Assembly: GCA_024704765.1 (NCBI GenBank)
Contig: JAKMXF010000320.1
Location: 186,001 to 250,000 of the forward strand
Source of the DNA: Oopsacas minuta
Lineage: Eukaryota > Animalia > Porifera
Length of the DNA stretch: 64,000 nucleotides
Direction of reading: 5' to 3'
A program made the position numbers and the translations under genes. This document shows positions 49,269 to 61,075 of this stretch, piece after piece. Every line of letters begins with the position of its first letter. The stretch's first letter is position 1. The notes beneath the pieces were generated by a model. It saw only the letters and a list, made by a program, of their open reading frames with translations. It made no database searches and was not told where the DNA came from.

Positions 49269-49779
49269 TCTATACTATTAAAACGCAATTAATATAAACT
49301 AGCGCGATTCGCTTGCTAGGTAAATAATGTGATTTTTAGAAAATCCAAATGGTTACAATGAGGTCATAATTTCGTCCAAGATTCGAGTTTTCCGAGCCAG
49401 GCCCAAAATACCCTTGTATGCCAAAATCAGCCCTGGGGGTCCTCCAGTTTCTTCAATCAATTCCGAACATACAACATATATACATATATATTCAGAATTC
49501 AGAATTTCTTAATAGCCGAGACGCGAAGTGCCCAGATAACTAACCTAAAGCCACGTAAGAGCTCCAGTATTATCACAGAAGGCCATTAAATTGTATTTGG
49601 ATAAAACCATGGATAATACAAAATTACAATTTACACAAAAATTAACCCCGCGGCAGGTAGTGCCGAGTATATACCGTTGCATAGCGACCAAAAGCATCAA
49701 AAAATGTAGCTGTTTAATACTTAAGCTAACCTGAGGTCATAAGCTGTCGCGCAGCGACCTAGCAAGCGAAGCACGCTAG
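49269..49779 (+). mobile_element. Non-autonomous Helitron (CTAG-end family), composite
   Basis: 5' A|TCTATACTATTAAAA; 3' hairpin GTCGC-GCA-GCGAC then ...GCACGCTAG|T. An inverted 3'-end copy lies just after the head. Confidence 0.65.
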
Positions 49780-50168
49780 TATTTATAAATTTACGATTAC
49801 TCCAAACTTTTGGCACACCCAATGTATAATGAAATTCACCTATTAGAAAGTTAGTAATTAATTGCCTTTCAGGCTTACCACATATTGATTCCTACGGTCC
49901 TGGAATGGAAACTCCTTTTATAGATTCCTAGATACGCTACTGGCAAGTAAAAGTGAAGTTACAGGTGATTCAAATTCGAAAAATAACAATTGTGTATTTC
50001 TAATCTAAGAGATCTGTAACTATAGCTCTACAGTATAGTGCTACTACTTCAACTCTACTATTCTTGAATGCGCAGAGAAATTACTCTTTTACAGGATATC
50101 CAGTAGCAAAATTAAAATCCGGTATAGCTCTACAATCTATATTCCACTGATTATATTATTCATATATA

Positions 50169-50640
50169 CGAGCCTTTGGCTCGTCGCTTCCCGATGAACT
50201 TGGCGCATTGTGCCTCAAGGTATCCATTATTCTGCAAATTGACGGCCCCTATGAGTATTATAATATAGATATATTTAGAACAATGTAATCCACAAATATA
50301 CATATATGGCACATATATTATTGAATTATTTTGTAAGTTCAACTCTCTTTGTAGCCGTTAAGTGCAAGCCTGTACATGATTACTTTATATTTGTTTACTT
50401 AATATTCATAAAAACAACATTAAATTTACATATGATTAATTCAAAAGTGTGAAAATCAGATTCAGCATGTTTGATGTTTTTAGTGAAGTTTTATTGAATT
50501 TTATTTACTTTTGATAAACGCGATAAATACATAGTTACGCGAAAATTTCAAAATTGCATACCGTAAATCCTTTCCTTGACAACGGACAAACAAACAAACA
50601 AACAGACAGACAAACAACAATTGAGATTTAATAATATAGA
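50169..50640 (-). mobile_element. Non-autonomous Helitron (CTCG-end family)
   Basis: Head TCTATATTATTAAATCTCAATTG with a (TGTT/TGTC)n microsatellite; tail ACGAGCCAAAGGCTCG|T. Confidence 0.7.
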
Positions 50641-51431
50641 TATGTGTATATATCAATAACAATGCTGATCTAAATATACAATGCAATTACGCGGATAAAA
50701 AATGTCTCGAAAATATTATTTAGACTCATTCGAATCGCATCTGAGCGAATTACATATTGGGAATAGCAAAATAAGAACATTTTAATACCGAATCACCGAT
50801 ATACTCTTATAAAAGGTATAATTAATATTGTGCATGAGAATATAAGAACAATTTTCTAGATGATGGTTCATTTATCCACAATGACCTTATATATATATAT
50901 TATCTTTACTGTCTTATAACTTGTCCTTATCACCGGTAGTCCGGTATAAAGTATATAAGGGCTGAGGGGCAAATGGTTTTCCAGCATAATGTTCTTAAAT
51001 CCGGCAAAATTCAGTCGAGTAGACTACAAAATATTCGGTAAATACAGCTAGGGAGTTTTTAGAACCGTATTCTTATATTCGGCAACTATTGTATATAACA
51101 AATGGTAGTAGTGAGGTCAGTGGTTAGTGATTATCAGTTAAAATCCCTTACACTCGTACTACATAGAAAATCATAAGAGTTAAATTCAAGTCATTTAGCT
51201 ATCTGATTATGTGCAGGGAAGTCAAAAAAAAACAATCCATCGATCATCAGGTCACAAAATATGAAATTTCAGATTTAAATAAGAGTGATTAATATTTGTA
51301 CCAACCTGGCCTTGCATGATTCAGTCCTTTAGGTATAAAGATGTGGAATAGTTGCTAAGATAATAGAATATAAACAAAGATTGGTTATTGAGGATATCGA
51401 TTAGTAGATATTTCCATCAAAGTAGAACGTA

Positions 51432-51619
51432 CAGTAAACTCGGATAAGAAGTACCCCTCGGGAATCAAATTTTAGTAGGTACTAGCCGAAGCTAGTTTCG
51501 TCCGAATATTCTTCCTACACAATTAATGCAAGAATAGAAATCGGGTTTTGGAGAAAAATACGTACTAACCGAAAGTACTTCTTAAGCCGAGTCGAGTACG
51601 TACTAACTGAATTCTACTG
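51432..51619. mobile_element. pogo-like MITE, 188 bp
   Basis: TA-CAGTAAACTCGG ... GAATTCTACTG-TA with subterminal inverted AGAAGTAC/GTACTTCT. Confidence 0.6.
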
Positions 51620-52071
51620 TATTTCAAAATAGTAATTATGTCGAACTGTGTATTCAATAATGGTAGAATTAAAGCCTTCGACCCGTAAATTTGATAATAA
51701 AGTAGAATTCAAGGCTTTATGCGACCAGTCCATCGAGAAACGTTTTACATCCCCCGCTTTCATCGTTGACCTATCGCATTTGTCAATCAATTTCTATATT
51801 CATATGAACAGGCATAATTTAAGCGAGTAGGGCAGCCCTGAATAAAAAGGAAAATCCTAATCTCTTCAAACACAACATATAGACAAATAAAGCTACATAA
51901 AGATAGAAAGTAGTATGTGTAAATGCAGAATAAGGATAAATCCTATACCGTAGCATAATTATCTGTTAATAGTTCAAACGACACTAACAATAAATAAATT
52001 TAGTTCATATGTGTAAACAGAATTGGATTTTATGATGGATTAAACCCAAATAATCAACATAAGTACAAAGC

Positions 52072-54003
52072 TCAAAGCCTGAGCTTTTCCCTCATAATTA
52101 CATCATACAGGTCACCATTTAGAGGGACATACTTATTGCACCTAGGGTCCAAAAAGAATATAGGATCAGTTATAGTGTTGATATCAAAACCTTCTTCCCT
52201 GAAATTAACCTTGCGGTACTTGAAAGTAGAAGTTAGCTCGGGGGCAGATATCAGGCGGATAAACAATGGCACAGAATAGGACGGCAGAGCTTGTCGGAAG
52301 TTTACTAGCAAACTTTCCAAATCGATATCATCCATAACAATAGCAAGCATGCCAGCTCTGCCCTCAGTACCAGGAATTGGTGCTGAATACACAATTACGT
52401 CATTATGGCCAATTATAGAAGTTATGATTGTTTCCACTTCGTTTGTACTCACATTTTCACCTTTCCAACGGAAAGTATCACCTTTACGATCCAAAAATGT
52501 ATAAAAACCAAATTCATTATATGATAAAACGTCTCCTGTCCTTAAGTAAGCATCCCCTCTTGTAAAAACATTTCTAATAACTTTTTTCTTAGTCGCTTCC
52601 TCGGATAAATACCCAATCATTTTCTTGGGCCCTTCCCTAATAATCCCAAGAATCTCACCAGGCTCATTCGGCTCGCATTGAATACAAAGTCCATTAGGTA
52701 ATCGTACTGGCTCACCTGATTCTTTATCAAGTCTTGCTAGAAAGTTACTGTAATAGAACACATTAAAGTATGGAACATATTTCATAGAGACAGGTAAGTA
52801 CCCAACATAACCTGGTTCTGATATCAAATTAAGCGTACTTGCGTAGCCTTCAGTTGCTGCATAGAATTCAATGATTCGGTTTACTCGAAATCTAGTTTTG
52901 AACTCATTCCACAAGCTAACTCTAAGTCCATTGCCGATTGCCCTTGTAACTTTATGAGTTAGATCAGAAGGTTTATTTGGCTGTGACAGTAAATAGCGAC
53001 ATACCTCCCCAATGTAAAAGATAACGGTACAACCATTAGCAACACAGTCATCCCAGAAGTGACTAGCACTGAACTTTGATCTGAGATACATTTTACAACC
53101 TCCATGCATTAACATTCCTACTGAAATCAACAAAGCGCTGCTATGGTAGAGGGGCAGAGTAACATAGAGGATATCATCACTCACTATATTTGCTGATTGA
53201 TAAAATACAAATCCACTGACAAATGCTTTTATATGTGGAATGATACATGCCTTTGGCAGACCAGTAGTTCCGGAGGTGTAGATGTAACAAAGTGTAGATC
53301 TAATTGTTATTTTATTTTCTCTACCAGTTGGTTCGGTACTGGGAGAATATTGACTCAGTTGAATGATATCTTTATAATTTGTATTACTCGCTCCCCTATT
53401 GAGAGAATAGATATTCGTAGAGACTAGGTCGCCTTCAATCTGGTTAACCTGATCACTGAAGGAGTTCGTGACTATCACAGCCTTGCAAGATGCGATGTTA
53501 ATTGAGTGGATCAATTGTTTCGCTTTAAGATTATAATTTATAAGCGCAGTTGGACAACCTAACTTTGAAAGGGCAAGAAGGATAACTATATACTCGGGAC
53601 AGTTCTCTGCAATAAGAGCTACAGAGTCACCTACATCCAAACACAAATTAGCTGATATATAGTTCGCAACTCTGTTTGCCGTTAAAACGATGTGACGATA
53701 GGTCCATATCTGATCTTGGAAAACAACCGCTACCTTTTTAGGATGTGTAACTGCTAGCCGATTCCACCTCTTGTGGAAAGTTAATTCATCTTTTTTACAT
53801 ATTATTTGTGACTTTTTTATGGACATCAATAGTTTGAGCAACTGTAGGTCCCTTAATACTGTTCGCTTGTATCTCCATAAAATATGCCAACCACCAAATA
53901 CAAAATAAGTTAGAGGGAAAAAAGCTAGAAGTGAGAATGGATAAGAAGTAGTCCAATATAACATAGCAGCTGAGATAATCGATATCAGAATTCTCTTCCC
54001 CAT
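52072..54003 (-). CDS. Long-chain fatty acid transport protein / very-long-chain acyl-CoA synthetase (FATP, SLC27A family), 643 aa, single exon
   Basis: N-terminal hydrophobic anchor, AMP-binding YIYTSGTTGLPKA, and FATP signature YLRTGDVL...FLDRKGDTFRWKGENVST. Paralogue not assignable. Confidence 0.95.
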   Translation of the reverse strand: MGKRILISIISAAMLYWTTSYPFSLLAFFPLTYFVFGGWHILWRYKRTVLRDLQLLKLLMSIKKSQIICKKDELTFHKRWNRLAVTHPKKVAVVFQDQIWTYRHIVLTANRVANYISANLCLDVGDSVALIAENCPEYIVILLALSKLGCPTALINYNLKAKQLIHSINIASCKAVIVTNSFSDQVNQIEGDLVSTNIYSLNRGASNTNYKDIIQLSQYSPSTEPTGRENKITIRSTLCYIYTSGTTGLPKACIIPHIKAFVSGFVFYQSANIVSDDILYVTLPLYHSSALLISVGMLMHGGCKMYLRSKFSASHFWDDCVANGCTVIFYIGEVCRYLLSQPNKPSDLTHKVTRAIGNGLRVSLWNEFKTRFRVNRIIEFYAATEGYASTLNLISEPGYVGYLPVSMKYVPYFNVFYYSNFLARLDKESGEPVRLPNGLCIQCEPNEPGEILGIIREGPKKMIGYLSEEATKKKVIRNVFTRGDAYLRTGDVLSYNEFGFYTFLDRKGDTFRWKGENVSTNEVETIITSIIGHNDVIVYSAPIPGTEGRAGMLAIVMDDIDLESLLVNFRQALPSYSVPLFIRLISAPELTSTFKYRKVNFREEGFDINTITDPIFFLDPRCNKYVPLNGDLYDVIMREKLRL

Positions 54004-54098
54004 ACGTAGGATAACCTACGCAGTTAATAGATTGATAAAATAATTCATTGGTTAACTTTTAGTAATGTGTGCACGTAAAACTTGCATATTGTTGAAAG

Positions 54099-54233
54099 GA
54101 TCGAGATCATTTGGAAAATTATCAATTTCGATCCTGATCCTACTTTTCAAATGGGTCGACGATCTCCTTCAGATCCTCGAAAAGGATCTTGATCCAGATT
54201 GTACGATCTTTGATCAAAAGATCCCAATGCCCT
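54099..54233. repeat. GATC-rich cluster (11 GATC in 125 bp), probably a hAT subterminal region, upstream of FATP
   Basis: Counted directly; ends in GATCCCAATGCCCT (reverse complement AGGGCATTGGGATC, a hAT-like end). Confidence 0.55.
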
Positions 54234-54325
54234 CATACATCATACATACATGGCGATTCAAATTTTAATGTATACGTACACAATTAATAATAAGATTGAT
54301 CATATTTTCACACCTTTTACACATA

Positions 54326-54445
54326 CTGTCAAACTTGTCTATAACGGCCACCGAAGGGACTGGCCCAAAGTGGCCGTTATATACAGGTGGCCGCTATAGA
54401 TAGGTAATTATTATGGAAAACTGTTCCGTTAAGCAGGTTTGACTG
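54326..54445. mobile_element. pogo-like MITE, 120 bp
   Basis: TA-C(T)GTCAAACTTG ... CAGGTTTGACTG-TA. Confidence 0.6.
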
Positions 54446-54643
54446 TATTTAGCAAAATGAAGCGAGAAATTTCCTTTCAAAATCCAGTTAAGGGTAATCG
54501 AGTGTGTAGTTCCAATTATGACATTTCAAATCTATATCTACATGATTTATCACATGATTAATCATATTGTTACATATTTTAGCATAATACTCTAAATGAT
54601 GCTAGAAATTTGGTTTCAGCTACTTGTCAGTGGTAATTGAATA

Positions 54644-55165
54644 CAGTGGAACCCGCTTAACGGCCACCTCGATATACCGGTCACTTTATAAAGTCCCGTT
54701 TAATATACTATAGACATTAACATTAATTTATTTCAGAATTCCGGCCACTCCGCTATTCCGAATTACAGCCATACTTTTAGAACGAAACCCTATTTTAACC
54801 TCAGAATTACGACCAATCTTAAAAATAGGAATCACTATTAGATGTTTGAAAACGAAAACAATTTCTTGACAATTCAATAAAAATACATTGGATTGTATAC
54901 ATATAAATGCAAAGCAGATTAATGAGACAATAATTCATACGTTATTAAAGGAAAAGGTCATTTTTGCACGTTTTTCAGATAGCAAACAATCAAAGTTAGA
55001 TGCATATTAAACTAATAATTATGTATTAGCATGTTATAATATTGTAGTATGGTAAATATTAATAGAATATGATTTCTTTCAAAATATTTCACAATTACGG
55101 CCACCCCGAAATTACGACCATTTTTCTCGGGTCCTAAGGGTGGCCGTACTTCCGGGGTTCCACTG
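54644..55165. mobile_element. pogo-like MITE, 522 bp
   Basis: TA-CAGTGGAACCCG ... CGGGGTTCCACTG-TA with internal GGCCAC motif repeats. Confidence 0.75.
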
Positions 55166-55689
55166 TACATTGAAATTCCAATTTTGATATTTCAAATCTA
55201 TAGATGTTACAGTCAAAATGTATAATTAGGCATTATACATATATGTTATGTTGATTTGTCGACAAGTTGATTTTATAAAATCACTGAAAACTAATGTATA
55301 ATTCGTAAAACTGTCATTATATAAAATGAACCAATTTCAAATGTTGACTTTATATAATCAACTTTTGAAATTTGTTTACTTAATAGAATCGACAGATAGA
55401 GTTTTAAATTTGGAAACAATATATTTTATGTTTCTAGTATTTCGAGCATTTTAAATTCCATTTATCGCCTTTGAACGTTTGCTCTTCTAATATTGAAATA
55501 TTCCACATCTCCCAACTTTCCTCTGATTCCATTTTACTGTGTGGAAAAATTTGGTGAAAATTATAATCGCCGACTTGAAATTACTACTACACTAATTCCA
55601 TACTAGAGAAATTGTAGCTGAATAAATCTAACCATTCAGCATTCTAATATATAAAACAAATTATGTGTGCTGAATCAATAGTGGTTTTG

Positions 55690-56470
55690 CACAACGAGAA
55701 GTGCATATTCTCCCACTTCGATAGCATTTGCACTTCTTACTGTTACAATTTTCTTCGCAGTCACATTTGAGCATGCCTACCCGCACAGAACACCAGCACG
55801 ACACCCACCTATATTTCTCAAATGAAGAATCTTTTCCAGAGATTTTCTCAACAACAATTAACATAGTATTGGTTGGGTCAGTTCTGACCCGATCATTATC
55901 CTTTACTGAAACCCTGTACAATAGTGCCTATAAGAATTTCGGCTATCACGTCTGATCTTCTTGCACGCTTTTTCATGCGTTCGCCATGTATAATTAACGA
56001 TTCAGCAACCTTTTTCCGTAATTATCGTCGATTAGGAGATTCGACTTGGTCATTCTGTGGCAAATTCAATGACGTATTGACATAAGTCGCCTCTGTACTA
56101 CAATTAGTTGTAGAAAGTTCATGGATTCCAACTTCAAATGATGTTGTTCCTTCAATCCTATTTTCTTTGACGTTTGAAGAATTTTCGTCAGAAAGATTAT
56201 CATCAATTGCACGATTTTCGTGCTGCACCTTCGAACTCTCTACCATTGTCGGTTTGTAATACAGCCTGAGCGTCAATCAGAGTAAAAAATCCAACAATGC
56301 AAACGCCACTGGAACACTTCTTTTCGAGTCTAAACTTCTGCAAACTGTACACTTGATTTCATGATCTTGATAGACCAAAAGGAATTTAAAACCTCCATCC
56401 CGGACAACTTTGAAAGTCAAGCAGATCGGCTTGGACTTCCGAGACCTTTCGTAAATATCGGGTGTGACCT
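55690..56470 (-). pseudogene. Ginger2/KRBA2-SCAND3-like integrase remnant
   Basis: VQADLLDFQSCP(D)GGFKFLLVYQDH, LQTDNGREF and a C-terminal CDCEENCNSKKCKC...CTSRC Cys cluster, with frameshifts and deletions. Confidence 0.75.
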
Positions 56471-57065
56471 GCTCTACCTGGTGGCGGAAAGATCTTTTGA
56501 TATAAGACCATGGATAATAAAATTTCTGTTATAATAAAACCCGAGGCACGAAGTGACGAGTATCCCGTCGCGTCGCGACCCAAAGCACTAAGAAATGTAT
56601 CTGTTTAAATACTTAATCTAACTTGAAGCACTAAGCTGTCGCGCAGCGACCTAGCAAGCGAAGCGCGATAGTTAAGTATACATAGGCGTAGGAGTAGGTC
56701 CGGCTTTGGCCGGACTTTTTTTGGGCAGGATTTGCTGGTCCGGCTTTCAGCCGGACCATGACTTTTCTTATTTTAATGAATTATTACTTCGCACTATTGT
56801 ATCCAAAGTATGGAAATAGTTTTCTAACCTTGTTAATGAACACCGAATAACTGTTTTTGGTACATTTTCAAAACAGGAAATGTGATCTAGGGGTTTCTAC
56901 TATGAAACTACCTTATATTTTTATTAATTACTTCCCAATGTTTTAACTGTACATTTATTGGACCATACAACCAAGGTTTGTTTCTATTTCTAGCCGGACC
57001 ACTTTTTGAAGCTGTGCTATGCCACTGCTATAATATCTGAATTTTGCTTTGGCTAGTAGACATAA

Positions 57066-57518
57066 TCTATATTATTAGATTACTATTTTCGTCTGTTCGT
57101 CTGTTGTCAAGGAAAGGATTTACGGAATGTTGTGTGAATTCAAATTTCTCAATTCAGAGATGTCGCATAACTATGTATTTCTCGTGCTAATCAAGAAAGT
57201 AAACTTAATTCGATAAAACTTGATTAAACGTATCAAATATGTGGAATCAGAATTTCCACTTTTGATTAATTATAATGTAAATTTAATGATTTATATGAAT
57301 ATAAAGTAAACAAATAGTTGAAATCTCGAAATATGCTTAGAGACCTGCTCTCAAAAGAAATATAGTTGTAATCAAGTACGCTGAATCAGAATTACCTACT
57401 CTCCAGGTACTAATAAACAAGAGTTGTTCTTATGAAAATTTCGACGCACGAAATGCTGAGTTACATGGAAACACTCAGTGTTCGCAAGTCGCGTAGCGCG
57501 AGCAAGCGAAGCGACTCG
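57066..57518 (+). mobile_element. Non-autonomous Helitron (CTCG-end family)
   Basis: A|TCTATATTATT head; ...GCAAGCGAAGCGACTCG|T tail; internal similarity to 18054-18467 and 50169-50640. Confidence 0.65.
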
Positions 57519-57842
57519 TAACTGAATTAAAATGAAAACTTTTTACTGACATCTTTTATTATAATATTATTTATTAAAATGTCCATCAAATGCAATGCAC
57601 ATGCCATTGGGCATATAATAAATAATACATAGCGCATATCCGTGTTGTCTCAGAGCTTGTGCAAAGTTTGTGTACAGAGAACTACATTTGTTCCTTCCTA
57701 GTTGTTCCAGTGCATTTTAACCAAGCCCGGCTGCACTGTTTTGGAGTGGTCCGGTTAAAACCTGACCACCCTACCAGTGGCGCCGCCCTGATTTTAATAC
57801 ACTAATTTGAGTAGTTGTTGAGCGTATTTAACTAGGATTAGT

Positions 57843-58530
57843 TAAAAAGAAGGCTTGGATGCAGCTACTACCAGAAAATGTTGAAGGATAAATATTCAGT
57901 TGAATAGCGCTTCTGTGTTTATCCTTTTTATTAGTTAATGTTTAAACCACAAACAATAAAATTGGGGCCACCGGATAGTGGTTCGTATCTGGTACCCGCT
58001 GGATATCCAGTACAGCGATAACTGAAATATTGCTTCGGATCTTTTACATATAACTGAATTAAAAATGCAACACATCCGATATGTTGCATGTTAACACACT
58101 GATTGTGTAGTTGTCGACTGTAGTATATCATGAAGTGCAAAGTGAGCCATCTTTGTTGCCCATTCATTGTGGTAGTTACTAATATACACTTTATCACCAT
58201 TTTTGCTGTGTTTACAATTGACACTGTCTCGCCATTATTTACAACTACGTGTACACTCTTCTTATCATTCTATTCTATGATATTACAAATGTACACTATG
58301 TACCATTTGTCAACATCAATTCAGTTATTATATATAATATCCGAAGCAATATTTCAGCTAGGGCTGTACCAGATATCCGGCCGGTACCAGATACGAACCA
58401 CTATCCGGCGGCCCCAATTTATAGTTTGTGATTTAAATATTAACTAATAAAAAGGATAAACACAGAAGCGCTATTCAACTGAATATTTATCCTTCAACAT
58501 TTTCTGGTAGTAGCAAGCTTCGTTTTTTTC
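57843..58530. repeat. Inverted duplication, arms of about 200-220 bp around a unique spacer of about 250 bp
   Basis: 57864-58065 is the reverse complement of 58318-58514 with scattered mismatches. Each arm holds an outward-facing hAT-like end (TAGGGCTGTACCAGATATCCGG). Confidence 0.88.
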
Positions 58531-59452
58531 AAAAACGTTGCCTGCAGTGCTAAATAGTTGTTCACTGTATATCGAACTTGGCGGTGCAGATAAATATTTG
58601 AGGGAAACCGGTAGTAAATTTGAAGAATATTTTTCATTTCTTTTCCACCAGAGTAAAGGGTCTTCAGATATATGAATAAATGAATTGGTTAAGGGGGGAT
58701 AATGACTAAAATTTGGGCCAAGTGGTACCCCTGGGCCAAATATCTAATGGGACCATTTAGGTAAGAACAACTGGACCAAGGATCAATTCATCCATCACAA
58801 TGGTACAACATAAATCAACTACTATTGTAGGATAATAAAGGCTTTCATAAATTGAAAATAGTAGCGGGCTCCGATTGCAAGGCCGCTGCGCGACAGTTTA
58901 GGGCTTCACATTAGCTTAAGTAATAAACAGCTGCATTTCTTGATGTTTTGGGTCGCTACGCGACAGGATTTACTCGGCACTACGTGCTTTGGGGGTATTT
59001 TTTATGGGGAAATTTTAATTTTGTATTATCAGGTCGATCCAATTTCCAGTTTATGGCCTTCTGTGGTAATATTGCAGCTCTTGCGCGACCATAGGTTGGT
59101 AATCTGGGCACAGAGTGTCTCGAATATAATAAATCCTCAAAAATATCGAAATTTGGAGAATTTTGATTGTTTTAAACAGTCATGATGACTAATAATCTCA
59201 TGATGAGTTAGCATTGGTAAGAATCATGACGTCAGGAAATTTATCACATTTGCAGGGTACATGTGATTCAAATTTCAAACTACTCTCATGTATATTGACT
59301 GAGCAGTGGCTAATAATGTGAATTTTCGAAAATCCAAAAAGGTGACATTGACGTCATCATTTCGTCATAGGTGTGAATTTTCGTCCAAGACTCAAACTTG
59401 TCCGAGCCAGGACCAAAATACCCTTGTATGCAAAAATCAGCCCTGGGGGTCC

Positions 59453-60077
59453 TGTTGTATCACAGATTTACTTCCATGACAGTTTTATTACCTCTATTAC
59501 TGGTGCTATGGATATTCTATATCCATGACAGAGTTACTACCTTACATGACAGAATTATTACCATGTGATCATGACATGAAATCGTATAACTCAACTCTTA
59601 GATCTTATCACACTGATAATAATGCATTTTCAATGGTTCTTTGTTTCTGCTCTAGAGTTTATTAATAGCAATTTCTACTCACTTCGTTTATTTCGTAATT
59701 GTTACTTTTACTCAATATGATAGCAATTTATATTCTAAATAAAATGTGAATTTGATGAATTACAACAGATACGTTAGACAATGAATTTACCATCCGACAC
59801 ATTACTAAGAAACACAATTATGAAGGTATAGTAGGTCATCCACTACTCATAATCATCGTATCACTAAAAACTGTTGTTATCAAAATATGTAATATAATTC
59901 TAGAGCAGAAACAAAGAAACAATGAAAATGCATTATCAGTGTGATAAGAACTAAGAGTTGAGTTATACGATTCATGTCATGATCAAAGGGTTATAATTCT
60001 GTCATGGATATAGAGTATCCATGGTACCAGTAATAGAGGTAGTAAAACTGTCATGGTAGTAAATCTGCCATACAACA
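59453..60077. mobile_element. Ginger-type MITE, 625 bp, long TIRs
   Basis: TGTTGTAT...ATACAACA ends; TIRs of about 200 bp with repeated CATGACAG motifs; perfect 4-bp TSD GTCC. The empty site is visible in the paralogous repeat at 49439-49442. Confidence 0.92.
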
Positions 60078-60469
60078 GTCCACCCGTTTCTTCAATCAAT
60101 TCTGGAGATACAAACATTTATATGTCACCGTCCAATTTGAGTAAGGTTACTCTTGAACAATTTTCTACTCAAGATATTATGGGCTAACTAAAATGCAAAT
60201 ATATATGTGTCATCGCTAATCAACATAAATACCAAAGTTACCTAGATGCTATTGGGGTATTTGGCCTATAGCAACACTTGTGCATCTCGCGACAGTTACT
60301 GCGCTATTTTTAACTAGTTACTATAAATATATGTACATATTATTGTTTGTTCATCTGGACAAAATCAATCTGCTTTACGTTTTGTTTAATTCTAAGGAAA
60401 TTTTGCAAGCAAAGCTTCAGAAGCTCAATTTACATTTGGTGGGGAGAGACGAGAGAGAGATGGGATTAT

Positions 60470-61075
60470 AGGGAGAGCTACAGAGTGGATGATTGCAATA
60501 CAAACGATCACAATTGGAGCAGGACCTAGTTGCATTATTCTGAGGAGGAGTTTGATTTAAAAGTCCTGTACGTGAAAGGGGGTGAGTTCCGGGAGACTAC
60601 ACGGAGCAAGTTACGCATAGTGGCTAAGGAAGACCTGTGGGATACGTTGGTGGCCTCACATCACGAGCTCAGTCATGAGGGACGTGACAGGATGAATGAG
60701 TATTTCATGAGCCACAACTATCACGTGCTTCGTGCAGTAATTGTCCTCTTCGTACGCCTCTGTGACATTTGCCGGGCCAACAAAGGCAGAAAATCTACAC
60801 TGAAAGTTAGAAATTCAAGGGAGCTAACATATTTGGGTGAAAGAAGGGATCCACAAGGCCCGCGGGCAACTCTGCTGCGTGGGCAGGGATGCCCAGACAA
60901 GGACTATCAGGACTGCTTCAGCAAGTTTGTCATCATGAGGCCTCTCAAGTCCAAGCGAGCGGTAGAGATGGCTGAACATCTGGTGCAGATCTTCTGTGAG
61001 CATGGCTAACCACACATCTTGCACACGGATAATGGGATAGAGTTCGTTAACAAGCATCTATTCACTGCCGTCCCC
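60470..61075 (+). pseudogene. Second Ginger2/KRBA2-like integrase remnant
   Basis: SHHELSHEGRDRM...LCDIC (H2C2), YQDCFSKFVIMRPLKSKRA and HG*PHILHTDNGIEF. Confidence 0.8.
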
